In this document: piece by piece, positions 9,288-18,336 of the stretch | Numbering within the stretch: the first letter of the stretch is position 1 | Layout of the letters: every line of letters begins with the position of its first letter | From: Burkholderiales bacterium | GTDB taxonomy: Bacteria; Pseudomonadota; Gammaproteobacteria; Burkholderiales; SG8-39 | Length of the DNA: 38,990 nucleotides | NCBI GenBank assembly: GCA_036277655.1 | Contig: DASUMM010000278.1 | Span: forward strand, 1-38,990 | Direction: 5' to 3' | Position numbers and translations under genes: made by a program | Notes under the pieces: model-generated | What the model was told of the DNA's origin: nothing | The model's database searches: none | What the model saw: only the letters and a program-made list of their open reading frames with translations

Positions 9288-9294
9288 CGGAGAG

Positions 9295-9732
9295 CTAGCA
9301 AGCGCGAAAAAGCGCTTTCAACTCCTCGGAAATCGGCTGCCCCTTCATCGGCGACCCGGGCCCGGCGACGTGCCGGCCCCACACGCGCGTCTCCTGGCCG
9401 CGCGCAAGCGTCGCGCCGTCGGAGCGGACCACTTCGTGCGAGACGACGAACGACTTTCCGCCCCAGCGCGCAATGCGCGAGCGCACCTCGCAGCGGTCGC
9501 CCGGCTCGGCGGGTGCCACGAACTCGCACTGCGCACCGACGAGCGGCATGCAGTAGCCGCTCTCGATCATCGTCTTCAAGCCGTGCCCCACCGAGCCGAA
9601 CAACGCCCACGTGGCGGCATCGAACCAGCGGAAATACGTCGGATAGAAAATGATTCCGGCCGGATCGCAATCGCCCCAGCTCACGTCGGTGTGAAGCACG
9701 CCGACGATCGAGTCGAATTCCCGCTCCGCCAT
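9295..9732 (-). CDS. hotdog-fold acyl-CoA thioesterase (4HBT/YbgC family)
   Basis: Track ORF 9295..9921, trimmed to MAEREFDSIVG (ATG at 9732..9730). Carries the 4HBT-type motif WGDCDPAGIIFYPTYFRWFD. 145 aa. Confidence 0.8.
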   Translation of the reverse strand: MAEREFDSIVGVLHTDVSWGDCDPAGIIFYPTYFRWFDAATWALFGSVGHGLKTMIESGYCMPLVGAQCEFVAPAEPGDRCEVRSRIARWGGKSFVVSHEVVRSDGATLARGQETRVWGRHVAGPGSPMKGQPISEELKALFRAC

Positions 9733-9742
9733 CGGCGAGACG

Positions 9743-10138
9743 CTAGCACTGCTCCCACGGCAGCCCGTCGAAGCGCCAGCCCGCGGTGCTGCCGCGGTGA
9801 TGCTTCTCGTCGAGCTCTCCTTCGAAGCCGTGCCGCACGTTGTAGACGGCGGTGAATCCGGCGCGCTCGAGCGTTTCGCCGGCTTCCTGCGAGCGGTTGC
9901 CGCTGCGGCAGATGAGGACAATCGGGCGCGTGGTGTGATTCGTTCCGGCGAGTTTCTTCACCTGGCCGACGAAATGCGGATTGACTTCCCAGTCGGGGCC
10001 GTCGTTCCACGCCACGTGCAATGCACCGCGCGGATGACCGACGAAAAGAAATTCCATCTCGCTGCGGCAATCGATCAGCAACGCATCGGCATGTTTGTTA
10101 AGAAATTCGTGCGCTTCGCGCGGCTCGAGGCTGGTCAT
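9743..10138 (-). CDS. rhodanese-like sulfurtransferase domain protein
   Basis: 131 aa with active-site loop LICRSGNRS (CxxGxR[ST]). A single rhodanese domain. Confidence 0.85.
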   Translation of the reverse strand: MTSLEPREAHEFLNKHADALLIDCRSEMEFLFVGHPRGALHVAWNDGPDWEVNPHFVGQVKKLAGTNHTTRPIVLICRSGNRSQEAGETLERAGFTAVYNVRHGFEGELDEKHHRGSTAGWRFDGLPWEQC

Positions 10139-10348
10139 GACGGTCCATTATAGAGGCACGCGGTTGACGGCATTCGCCATTGGCGCGACACTTGCGCCTC
10201 GCGCCGATTTGACGTTCAGCTTGCGGGCGCCGCACCGCGCCGTATGCGGGGAAAAAGAAAAGCCGCTAAAGAGACGTGCCCGGCAGGTTCCCTTCCTCGG
10301 CTCGTTTCCCTGGCGATCAGGCTGAGCGAACGCTTTCTCAGGGTCCAG

Positions 10349-13300
10349 ATGCAAGATCCGCATTTCGCGCTGCTTCCGAAGCTCCTTGCCGAGCGCATCG
10401 TGATGCTCGACGGTGCGATGGGCACGATGATCCAGGCCGAGCGCCTGTCGGAAGCGCAATTTCGCGGCGAGCGCTTTCGCAACTGGCCGAAGGAGCTGCG
10501 CGGCAACAACGACCTGCTCGTGCTGACGCAGCCCGAGGTCATTCGGCGGATCCATGCCGGCTACCTGCAGGCGGGCGCCGACATCATCACGACGAACACG
10601 TTCAATGCCACGTCGGTCTCGCTCGCCGATTACGGTTTGCAGGCGTTTGCGTACGAGCTGAATCTCGAAGCAGCGCGGCTCGCCCGATCCGCTGCCGATG
10701 CGCACGAGGAGAAGGATCCGTACCGGCCGCGCTTCGTCGCCGGCGCGCTCGGGCCGACGTCGAAGACGGCGTCCATCTCGCCGGACGTCAATGATCCGGG
10801 GTTTCGCAACGTCAGCTTCGATGCGCTCGTCGAAGCGTATCGCGACGCCGCGCGCGGCCTGCTCGAAGGCGGCGTAGACCTTCTCCTCGTGGAGACGGTG
10901 TTCGACACGCTGAATGCGAAGGCGGCGCTTTTCGCCGTGCAGGCGCTACAGGAAGAGCGCGGCGCACAGGTGCCGCTGATCGTGTCCGGGACGATCACGG
11001 ATGCGTCGGGTCGCACGCTTTCCGGCCAGACGACGGAAGCGTTCTACAACTCGGTGCGCCATGCAAAGCCACTCGCGATCGGGCTGAATTGCGCGCTTGG
11101 GGCGAAGGAGCTGCGACAGTACGTCGAAGAGCTCGCCAGCGTCGCCGAGGCGCGCGTCATCTGCTATCCGAATGCTGGACTGCCGAACGCGTTCGGCGAG
11201 TACGACGATACGCCCGAATCGATGGCGAGCCATCTTGGCGAATGGGCGCGCAGCGGACTGCTCAACCTTGCCGGCGGCTGCTGCGGCACCACGCCGGCGC
11301 ACATCGCGGCGATCGGCGAAGCAATGCGCGACGTCGCGCCGCGAGCGATCCCGCAGCACCCGCGCAAGCTGCGGCTCGCGGGGCTGGAGCCGCTCAACAT
11401 CGGCCCGGGCTCGCTCTTCGTCAACATCGGCGAGCGCACCAACGTCACCGGATCCAAGGCGTTCGCGCGCCTCGTGCTCGCCGGCAATTATCCCGAGGCG
11501 CTCAGCGTGGCGCGGCAGCAGGTCGAGAACGGCGCGCAGGTGATCGACGTCAACATGGACGAGGCGATGCTCGACTCGGAAAAGGCCATGCGGACGTTCC
11601 TCAACCTGGTCGCCGCCGAGCCGGACATCTCGCGCGTGCCGATCATGGTCGATTCGTCGCGCTGGTCGGTGATCGAGACGGGACTCAAGTGCCTGCAGGG
11701 CAAGGGGATCGTCAATTCGGTGAGCCTCAAGGAAGGCGAGGCGGAGTTCCTGCGCCAGGCGCGGCTGGTGCGCATGTACGGCGCTGCGGTGGTGGTGATG
11801 GCGTTCGACGAAAAGGGCCAGGCCGATTCGCTCGAGCGCAGGACGGAGATCTGCCGCCGTGCCTACCGGCTGCTGACCGAAGTCGCCGGAGTTCCTGCGG
11901 AAGACATCATTTTCGATCCGAACATCTTCGCGGTCGCGACCGGCCTCGAAGAGCACGTGCGCTACGGGCTGGATTACATCGAGGCAACGCGCTGGATTCG
12001 CGAGAACCTGCCGCACGCGCAAGTGTCGGGCGGCGTGTCGAACCTGTCGTTTTCTTTTCGCGGCAACGACGCGGTTCGCGAAGCGATGCACACCGCATTC
12101 CTGTACCACGCGATCGCGGCCGGCATGACCATGGGCATCGTCAATCCGGGGCAGCTCGGCGTCTATGAGGAAATCGCACCGGAGCTGCGCGAGCGGGTCG
12201 AGGACGTGATTCTCAACCGGCGCCCGGACGCGACCGAGCGGCTGGTCGAGCTGGCCAACCGCGTGCAGGGAAGCGCGCGCACCGCGCGGGAAGACGAGGC
12301 GTGGCGACGAAGCCCGGTGCGAGAGCGCCTGGTGCATGCCCTGGTAAACGGCATCGCCACGCACATCGTCTTGGATACCGAAGAGGCTCGCCTCGGCTTC
12401 GCCCGGCCCATCGAGGTGATCGAGGGCCCGCTGATGGATGGCATGAACGTGGTCGGCGACCTTTTCGGCTCCGGCAAGATGTTCCTGCCGCAGGTCGTGA
12501 AGTCCGCACGGGTGATGAAGCAGGCGGTCGCGCACCTCGTGCCGTTCATCGAGGCCGAGAAGGCGCGCTCGGGTGAGGCGGCGCGCTCGAAGGGAAAGAT
12601 TGTCATCGCCACGGTAAAGGGCGATGTGCACGACATCGGCAAGAACATCGTCGCCGTCGTGCTCCAGTGCAACAACTACGACGTGGTGAATCTCGGCGTG
12701 ATGGTGCCGGCGCAGACGATCCTCGACACCGCGCTGCGCGAGAAGGCAGACGCCATCGGCCTCTCCGGCCTGATCACGCCGTCGCTGGAAGAGATGGCGC
12801 ACGTCGCACGCGAGATGGAGCGCCAGCAGTTTCGCCTGCCGCTCCTGATCGGCGGCGCAACCACGTCGCGCGCGCACACTGCGGTCAAGATTGCTCCGGC
12901 CTATTCGGCGCCGGTCGTCTACGTGCCGGATGCGTCCCGCAGTGTTCCAGCCGTGCAGAGCCTGCTTTCACCGGAGAACCGCACGGCCTACGCCGAAGCA
13001 GTGCGGGCCGACTACGCCAAGATTCGTGCGCAGCATGCGGCGAAGAAGGGGCCCGGCCCGCTGCATCCGATCGCCGAGGCAAGGCGGCTGGGGTTGAAGA
13101 CCGACTGGGCGAGCTACCGGCCGCCGGCTCCGAAGCTGCGCGGGCTCGAGCGCCTGGCCGACTATCCGCTCGAGCACCTGATCGGCTACATCGACTGGGG
13201 ACCTTTCTTCCAGGCATGGGAGCTCTCCGGTCCCTATCCGGCTATTCTCGATGACCCGGTGGTCGGCGAGCAGGCGAGGCGCCTGCTTGCCGAAGGAAAG

Positions 13301-14050
13301 CAGATGCTCGAAACCATCGTGCGCGAGCGCTGGGTGCGCGCGCATGGCGTTTGCGGAATCTTTCCGGCCGCGCAGGTCGATGCCGACGACATCTGCGTCT
13401 ACGCCGACGACTCGCGCAGCAGCGTGACGATGACGTGGCACTGCCTGCGGCAGCAGAACCACAAGCCGGCCGGCCGGCCCAACCTCTGCCTTGCGGACCT
13501 CGTCGCTCCGCATGATGCGCACGTGCCCGACTATCTCGGTGCGTTTGCCGTGTGCGCCTCCGGCTTCGAGGATCGCGTCGCCGCCTTCGAGGCGGCCAAC
13601 GACGACTACAACGCGATCATGCTGAAGGTGCTCGCCGATCGGCTGGCGGAAGGCTTTGCCGAGCACCTGCACGAGCGCGTCCGGCGCGAATTCTGGGGGT
13701 ACGCCGCGGACGAACGGTTCGGCAACAAAGCGCTGCTCGAGGAGGCCTACCGCGGCATTCGCCCGGCGCCCGGGTATCCGGCCTGCCCGGACCACACCGT
13801 CAAGGGGCCCCTCTTTGCGCTGCTCGATGCCGGCCGCAACGCCGGCATGACGCTGACCGAGTCGTTCGCGATGGTGCCGGCGTCCGCGGTGTCCGGCTTC
13901 TATTTCTCGCACCCGCAGTCGAGTTACTTTGCGGTAGGCAAGATCGGCAAGGATCAGGTCGAGGATTACGCGCGGCGCAAGGGCATTCCTCTTGCCGAAG
14001 CGGAGCGCTGGCTGGCGCCGAATCTCGCCTACGAACCGGCGCCCCTATAA
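10349..14050 (+). CDS. metH: cobalamin-dependent methionine synthase
   Basis: Track ORF 10244..14050, trimmed to [29 protein letters not shown]. This matches the length of known MetH N-termini. It has the Zn site [11 protein letters not shown] and the B12-binding motif [11 protein letters not shown]. About 1233 aa. Confidence 0.95.
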   Translation: MQDPHFALLPKLLAERIVMLDGAMGTMIQAERLSEAQFRGERFRNWPKELRGNNDLLVLTQPEVIRRIHAGYLQAGADIITTNTFNATSVSLADYGLQAFAYELNLEAARLARSAADAHEEKDPYRPRFVAGALGPTSKTASISPDVNDPGFRNVSFDALVEAYRDAARGLLEGGVDLLLVETVFDTLNAKAALFAVQALQEERGAQVPLIVSGTITDASGRTLSGQTTEAFYNSVRHAKPLAIGLNCALGAKELRQYVEELASVAEARVICYPNAGLPNAFGEYDDTPESMASHLGEWARSGLLNLAGGCCGTTPAHIAAIGEAMRDVAPRAIPQHPRKLRLAGLEPLNIGPGSLFVNIGERTNVTGSKAFARLVLAGNYPEALSVARQQVENGAQVIDVNMDEAMLDSEKAMRTFLNLVAAEPDISRVPIMVDSSRWSVIETGLKCLQGKGIVNSVSLKEGEAEFLRQARLVRMYGAAVVVMAFDEKGQADSLERRTEICRRAYRLLTEVAGVPAEDIIFDPNIFAVATGLEEHVRYGLDYIEATRWIRENLPHAQVSGGVSNLSFSFRGNDAVREAMHTAFLYHAIAAGMTMGIVNPGQLGVYEEIAPELRERVEDVILNRRPDATERLVELANRVQGSARTAREDEAWRRSPVRERLVHALVNGIATHIVLDTEEARLGFARPIEVIEGPLMDGMNVVGDLFGSGKMFLPQVVKSARVMKQAVAHLVPFIEAEKARSGEAARSKGKIVIATVKGDVHDIGKNIVAVVLQCNNYDVVNLGVMVPAQTILDTALREKADAIGLSGLITPSLEEMAHVAREMERQQFRLPLLIGGATTSRAHTAVKIAPAYSAPVVYVPDASRSVPAVQSLLSPENRTAYAEAVRADYAKIRAQHAAKKGPGPLHPIAEARRLGLKTDWASYRPPAPKLRGLERLADYPLEHLIGYIDWGPFFQAWELSGPYPAILDDPVVGEQARRLLAEGKQMLETIVRERWVRAHGVCGIFPAAQVDADDICVYADDSRSSVTMTWHCLRQQNHKPAGRPNLCLADLVAPHDAHVPDYLGAFAVCASGFEDRVAAFEAANDDYNAIMLKVLADRLAEGFAEHLHERVRREFWGYAADERFGNKALLEEAYRGIRPAPGYPACPDHTVKGPLFALLDAGRNAGMTLTESFAMVPASAVSGFYFSHPQSSYFAVGKIGKDQVEDYARRKGIPLAEAERWLAPNLAYEPAPL

Positions 14051-14088
14051 TCGCGCCTCGTTTTTCCATATCTTCATCGAGGGATGCC

Positions 14089-14187
14089 ATGGGCAAAGGC
14101 GACAAGCGCACGCGCAAGGGGAAAATCTACAAGGGAAGCTACGGCAAGAAGCGCCCGCAGCGGCAGAAGAAAAAGAAACGCCCGTAG
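14089..14187 (+). CDS. 30S ribosomal protein bTHX
   Basis: Not in the ORF track because it is below the size cutoff. It translates to MGKGDKRTRKGKIYKGSYGKKRPQRQKKKKRP. This is near-collinear with Thermus thermophilus Thx as I remember it ([27 protein letters not shown]). A GAGGGA Shine-Dalgarno sequence lies 5 nt upstream. Confidence 0.8.
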   Translation: MGKGDKRTRKGKIYKGSYGKKRPQRQKKKKRP

Positions 14188-14194
14188 CGGCGCC

Positions 14195-15652
14195 TCACTT
14201 GCGCCAGAACGCTGGCGTCAGCACGACCAGCAGCGTCATTAGCTCGAGCCGGCCCAGCAGCATCGCGAACGATAGCACCCAGGTCTGGAAGTCGGTGAGT
14301 CCGGAGTAGTTGCCGGCAGGCCCGAGTTCGTTCAGGCCGGGGCCCATGTTGTTGATGCAGGCGATGACCGCGCTGAAGGCGGTCACGATCTCGACCCCGG
14401 TGGCCGAGAGCACCATGGTCATCAGGATGACGCTCGAACCGTACACCAGCATGAACGCGAGCACGGCGAAGATGATGTTGTTCTCGACGACCTGGCCGCC
14501 GAGCTGCACCGGGACGATCGCGCGAGGATGCACGATGCGCACCATCTCGCGCAGCGCCTGTTTCGCCATCAGCAGCGCCCGGATCATCTTGATCCCAGCG
14601 CCGGTCGATCCCGAGCAGCTGACGAATGAGCAGAGAATCAGCATCCACATGGAGGCGAAGATCGGCCACAGGTTGTAGTCGGTGTTGGCGTAGCCGGTGG
14701 TGGTCGCGATCGAGATCACGTTGAACGCCGCGAAGCGAATCGCGCTGGTGAAATCCGGATACGCGCCGTGCAGCCAGAGAAACAGCGCGATGCCGAGTAC
14801 GCTGACCGCGAGCACCGCCAGATAGGGCCGGATTTCCGGGTCGCGCCGGTAGGCCAGCGGAGATCCGCTGCGCAACGCTATGAAGTGCGTCGCGAAGTTC
14901 ATCCCCGCGATCAGCATGAACACGATCGCCACGAGCTCGATCGCGGGGGAATCCCAAAAGGCGAAGCTAGCATCGTGCGAGGAGTAGCCACCGAGCGACA
15001 TGGTGCTGAAGCCGTGCATCAGCGCGTCGATCCAGGACATGCCTGCCGCCCTATAGCAGATCACGCAGACCACGGTGATCCCCGCATAGACGGTCCACAG
15101 GCCCTTTGCCGTTTCGGTGATGCGTGGCGTCAGCTTCACGTCTTTCATCGGCCCGGGCGTTTCGGCACGGAAGACCTGGCTTCCGCCGACGCCAAGCAGC
15201 GGCAGAATCGCAACCGCGAGCACGATGATGCCCATTCCTCCCATCCACTGCAGCTGGCAACGCCACAGGTTGATCGAGGGCGGCAGCTGGTCGAGTCGCG
15301 TCAGCACCGTCGCGCCAGTGGTCGTCAGGCCCGAGACGCATTCGAAATAGGCGTCGGTGAACGACAGCCCCGGCAGAAAGAACATGAGTGGAAGCGCAGC
15401 GAGCGCCGGCAGCCCGGCCCAGCCGAGCGCGACCAGCAGGAAGCCGTCGCGGATTTGCAGCTCGCGACGCTGTCCCCGCGTGACGAAGCGCAGCAGCGCG
15501 CCGGTGGCCGCGGTAAGCACGATCGCGGCGCCGTAATCCAGCAGCGCCGCATCCTCCAGCAGCGTCGATGCCCCCAGCGGCAACGCCATCGCCAGGGCAA
15601 ACACGAGGATGACGACGCCCAGGACATTGAAGACCGCGAGCGGCTGCAGCAT
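14195..15652 (-). CDS. trkH: TrkH family potassium uptake membrane protein
   Basis: 485 aa, polytopic membrane protein with TrkH-type repeated pore segments (TTTGAT, TTTGYAN, GSTGAGIK). Confidence 0.92.
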   Translation of the reverse strand: MLQPLAVFNVLGVVILVFALAMALPLGASTLLEDAALLDYGAAIVLTAATGALLRFVTRGQRRELQIRDGFLLVALGWAGLPALAALPLMFFLPGLSFTDAYFECVSGLTTTGATVLTRLDQLPPSINLWRCQLQWMGGMGIIVLAVAILPLLGVGGSQVFRAETPGPMKDVKLTPRITETAKGLWTVYAGITVVCVICYRAAGMSWIDALMHGFSTMSLGGYSSHDASFAFWDSPAIELVAIVFMLIAGMNFATHFIALRSGSPLAYRRDPEIRPYLAVLAVSVLGIALFLWLHGAYPDFTSAIRFAAFNVISIATTTGYANTDYNLWPIFASMWMLILCSFVSCSGSTGAGIKMIRALLMAKQALREMVRIVHPRAIVPVQLGGQVVENNIIFAVLAFMLVYGSSVILMTMVLSATGVEIVTAFSAVIACINNMGPGLNELGPAGNYSGLTDFQTWVLSFAMLLGRLELMTLLVVLTPAFWRK

Positions 15653-15669
15653 GGGCGTGCGGCGGCAGG

Positions 15670-17043
15670 CTACAGGAAGCGCGCGCCGACCTGGAACAGG
15701 CGCTCTACCCGGGGAACCAGCTTCTTGTCGGACACGAACACAATGACGTGGTCTTCGGCGCGGATCTCGGTGTCATGATGACCCATCAGCACGCGATCGC
15801 CGCGCACCACCGCGCCGATACGCGCCCCGGGTGGCAGTTCGATCTCCTCGATCCGCCTTCCGGTGATTTGGCTGGATTCGCGGTCGCCGTGCACAACCGC
15901 TTCGAGCGCTTCCGCCGCGCCCCGTCGCAGGCTGTGCACGGCCACCACATCCCCGAGGCGCACGTGCGCGAGCAGCCGGCCGATCGTTGCCTGCGCAGGC
16001 GAAATCGCAACATCGATCTGCGCTCCCTGCACGAGGTCGACGTAGCTTCTTCGGTTGATCAGCGAGACGACTCGCCGGGCGCCCATCCGCTTGGCGAGCA
16101 GCGAGCTCATGATGTTGTTCTCGTCGTCGTTGGTGACGGCGATGAACAGATCCATCTCGCCGATGTTCTCTTCTTCGAGCAGCTCCTCGTCGGTCGCGTC
16201 ACCGTTCAGCACGAGTGCGCCTTGCAGGACGTTCGCCAGAATGTCGCAGCGGCGCTTGTTGTGCTCGATCACTCTCACCGAGTACTCGCGGGAAAGCGCA
16301 CGCCCGAGGCGCTGGCCGATATTGCCGCCGCCGGCGATCATCACGCGCTTCACCGGGCGGTCCATCCTCCGCAACTCCGTCATCACGCGCCGGATGTCTC
16401 GCGTTGCGGCGAGGCAGAAAACTTCGTCGCCCGCTTCGATGATGGTGTCTCCATCGGGGGTCACGGCGGTGTCCTTGCGGAAGATGGCGACGATCCGCGC
16501 GTCGATGTTCGGCAGGTGCCGCGGCAGCTCGCGGATCGGGTGGCCTACGAGCGGCCCTCCGGCATACGCTCGCACGGCGACCAGGCTCACCTTGCCGCTG
16601 GCGAAATCGAGCACTTGCAGTGCCTCGGGAAACTCGACCAGTTTGACGATGTAGTCCGTGAGCACTTGCTCGGGACAGATCATCACGTCCACATCGAAGC
16701 CGTCCGGCCCGAGCACTTTGGGATCATTCAGAAAATCGGTCGCCCGCACGCGGGCGATCCGCCGCGGCACATTGAAGAGCCGGCTTGCGATCCTGCAGGC
16801 CACCAGGTTCGTCTCGTCGCTTTGCGTGACCGCCACCAGCAGATCCGCGTCCTCGATGCCGGCGGCGATCAGTACCGAGGGATGCGAGGCGCTCCCGGTG
16901 ACGGTGCGCAGATCGAGCCGGTCCTGCAGCGCTTGCAGCCGTGCCGGATCGATATCGACCACGGTAATGTCGTCCTGCTCGGAAACCAGGCTTTCCGCCA
17001 CCGAGGCGCCCACCTGCCCTGCGCCGAGGATCACGATCTTCAT
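15670..17043 (-). CDS. trkA: Trk system potassium uptake protein TrkA (tandem NAD-binding domains)
   Basis: 457 aa, MKIVILGAGQVGASVA Rossmann motif and a second one (VMIAGGGNIGQRLG). Two RCK_N/RCK_C repeats. Confidence 0.95.
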   Translation of the reverse strand: MKIVILGAGQVGASVAESLVSEQDDITVVDIDPARLQALQDRLDLRTVTGSASHPSVLIAAGIEDADLLVAVTQSDETNLVACRIASRLFNVPRRIARVRATDFLNDPKVLGPDGFDVDVMICPEQVLTDYIVKLVEFPEALQVLDFASGKVSLVAVRAYAGGPLVGHPIRELPRHLPNIDARIVAIFRKDTAVTPDGDTIIEAGDEVFCLAATRDIRRVMTELRRMDRPVKRVMIAGGGNIGQRLGRALSREYSVRVIEHNKRRCDILANVLQGALVLNGDATDEELLEEENIGEMDLFIAVTNDDENNIMSSLLAKRMGARRVVSLINRRSYVDLVQGAQIDVAISPAQATIGRLLAHVRLGDVVAVHSLRRGAAEALEAVVHGDRESSQITGRRIEEIELPPGARIGAVVRGDRVLMGHHDTEIRAEDHVIVFVSDKKLVPRVERLFQVGARFL

Positions 17044-17079
17044 CGACCGACCCTTGCTAGCAGCCCGTGCGCATCGGAT

Positions 17080-18327
17080 CTAGCTTTCTTCCCGCCTGCC
17101 CACCGGCAATCCAAGTGCTTTGAGCTTCCGATACAAGTGCGTGCGCTCAAGGCCCGAACGCTCGGCTACGCGCGACATGCTGCCATGCTCCTGGGCGAGC
17201 AGGTGCTCGAAGTAGATCCGCTCGAAGCCTTCGCGCGCCTCGCGGTACGGGCGATCGAGCGCAAGACCGGGATGCGTTGCCGCCGGGGCGTGCGCGGCGA
17301 GCACGCGTTCAACGTCTGCAAGGCCGACCTCCTCCTCGAGCGCCGAAAGCGCGAGGTTCTTCACTACGCTTTCAAGCTCGGCAAGGTTGCCCGGCCAGGA
17401 GTGGTAGCGAAGCGCGTTCAGCGCGGCGCTGCTCAGGCGACGCGCTGGCGAGGCGCGCGATTCTACGACGCGCGCGAGCATCAGCGTGGCAAGATCGGGC
17501 ACGTCCTCGGCGAAGTCGCGCAACGCCGGGAGCCGCACCATCAGTTCGGCGAGCCTCGCAACCAGCTCGCCGTCGAACGCGAGCTTCTCGATCAGCGCTT
17601 TCGGTTCAAGCGACGAGAAACAGACGACGCGCACCTTGTGCCGGTCGGCACGGGCAACGACAAATTCAAGGCCCCTTTGCTCGGCGCGCGCAAGACGCGT
17701 CAGGTCCGGCACGAACAGGATTCCTCCGGCGGCACGGGCAAGCAGGTCGGAGGACGCTTCGACGAGCTGCGCGTCCTCCGCGAGGAACGGCGCTGCCGGC
17801 GCGGCGAGGAGCCGGGCAAAAAGCTCCGGCTGCATGCCGCGTTCCCCCCTCAGCATCAGATGCGCACTGGCATGCGCAAGCTGTGCCAGGCGCTTGCGCA
17901 GGTCGGCGAGCGCGGGCGAGCGACCGGTGGTGGCGAGCGAGAGCTGCGGCGCCGCGGCATGCTCCTGATTGCGCAAGGCGCGTTTCACGGTAGAGAGCAG
18001 CCGCTGCAGCGCGATCGGCTTCTCCAGGTAATCGAGCGCACCGACCTTGGTCGCCTCGACTGCCGTTTCGATGGTGCCGTGGCCCGACATCATCACCACC
18101 GGCATCGTCAATTGCCCGCTGGCGGCCCATTCCTTGAGCAGCGTGATGCCGTCGGCATCCGGCATCCAGATATCGAGCAGCACGAGGTCGGGCCGCTGTC
18201 GCTCGCGCAACCGGCGCGCGGATTCCGCGTTTTCCGCAAGCAGCACCTGGTGGCCTTCCTCGGTGAGGATTTCCGAGAGCAGCTCGCGGATGCCCACTTC
18301 ATCGTCCACGATCATGATCTGCGACAT
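17080..18327 (-). CDS. ntrX: NtrX-like response regulator (REC, degenerate sigma54-type AAA+ module, Fis-type HTH)
   Basis: 415 aa. REC domain carries IVDDE...LLDIWMPD. The central domain keeps the NtrC scaffold (WPGNLAEL, RLPALRDFAEDV) but lacks Walker A, Walker B and GAFTGA. C-terminal HTH is SMSRVAERSGLERTHLYRKLKALG. It sits immediately downstream of an NtrY-like kinase gene. Confidence 0.8.
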   Translation of the reverse strand: MSQIMIVDDEVGIRELLSEILTEEGHQVLLAENAESARRLRERQRPDLVLLDIWMPDADGITLLKEWAASGQLTMPVVMMSGHGTIETAVEATKVGALDYLEKPIALQRLLSTVKRALRNQEHAAAPQLSLATTGRSPALADLRKRLAQLAHASAHLMLRGERGMQPELFARLLAAPAAPFLAEDAQLVEASSDLLARAAGGILFVPDLTRLARAEQRGLEFVVARADRHKVRVVCFSSLEPKALIEKLAFDGELVARLAELMVRLPALRDFAEDVPDLATLMLARVVESRASPARRLSSAALNALRYHSWPGNLAELESVVKNLALSALEEEVGLADVERVLAAHAPAATHPGLALDRPYREAREGFERIYFEHLLAQEHGSMSRVAERSGLERTHLYRKLKALGLPVGRREES

Positions 18328-18336
18328 CGATGCTTC

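Noticed and set aside
10244-10348. An in-frame upstream ATG that would add 35 residues ([15 protein letters not shown]...) to MetH
   Set aside because: Known MetH proteins begin about 20 residues before the [10 protein letters not shown] motif, which matches the ATG at 10349. The extension is basic and low-complexity and falls in the structured upstream region.
10946-12877. A 643-aa minus-strand ORF antisense to metH
   Set aside because: MetH on the plus strand is unambiguous (Zn site, B12-binding DxHxxG motif). The antisense translation is Arg/His/Asp-rich with no motifs. It is a shadow ORF.
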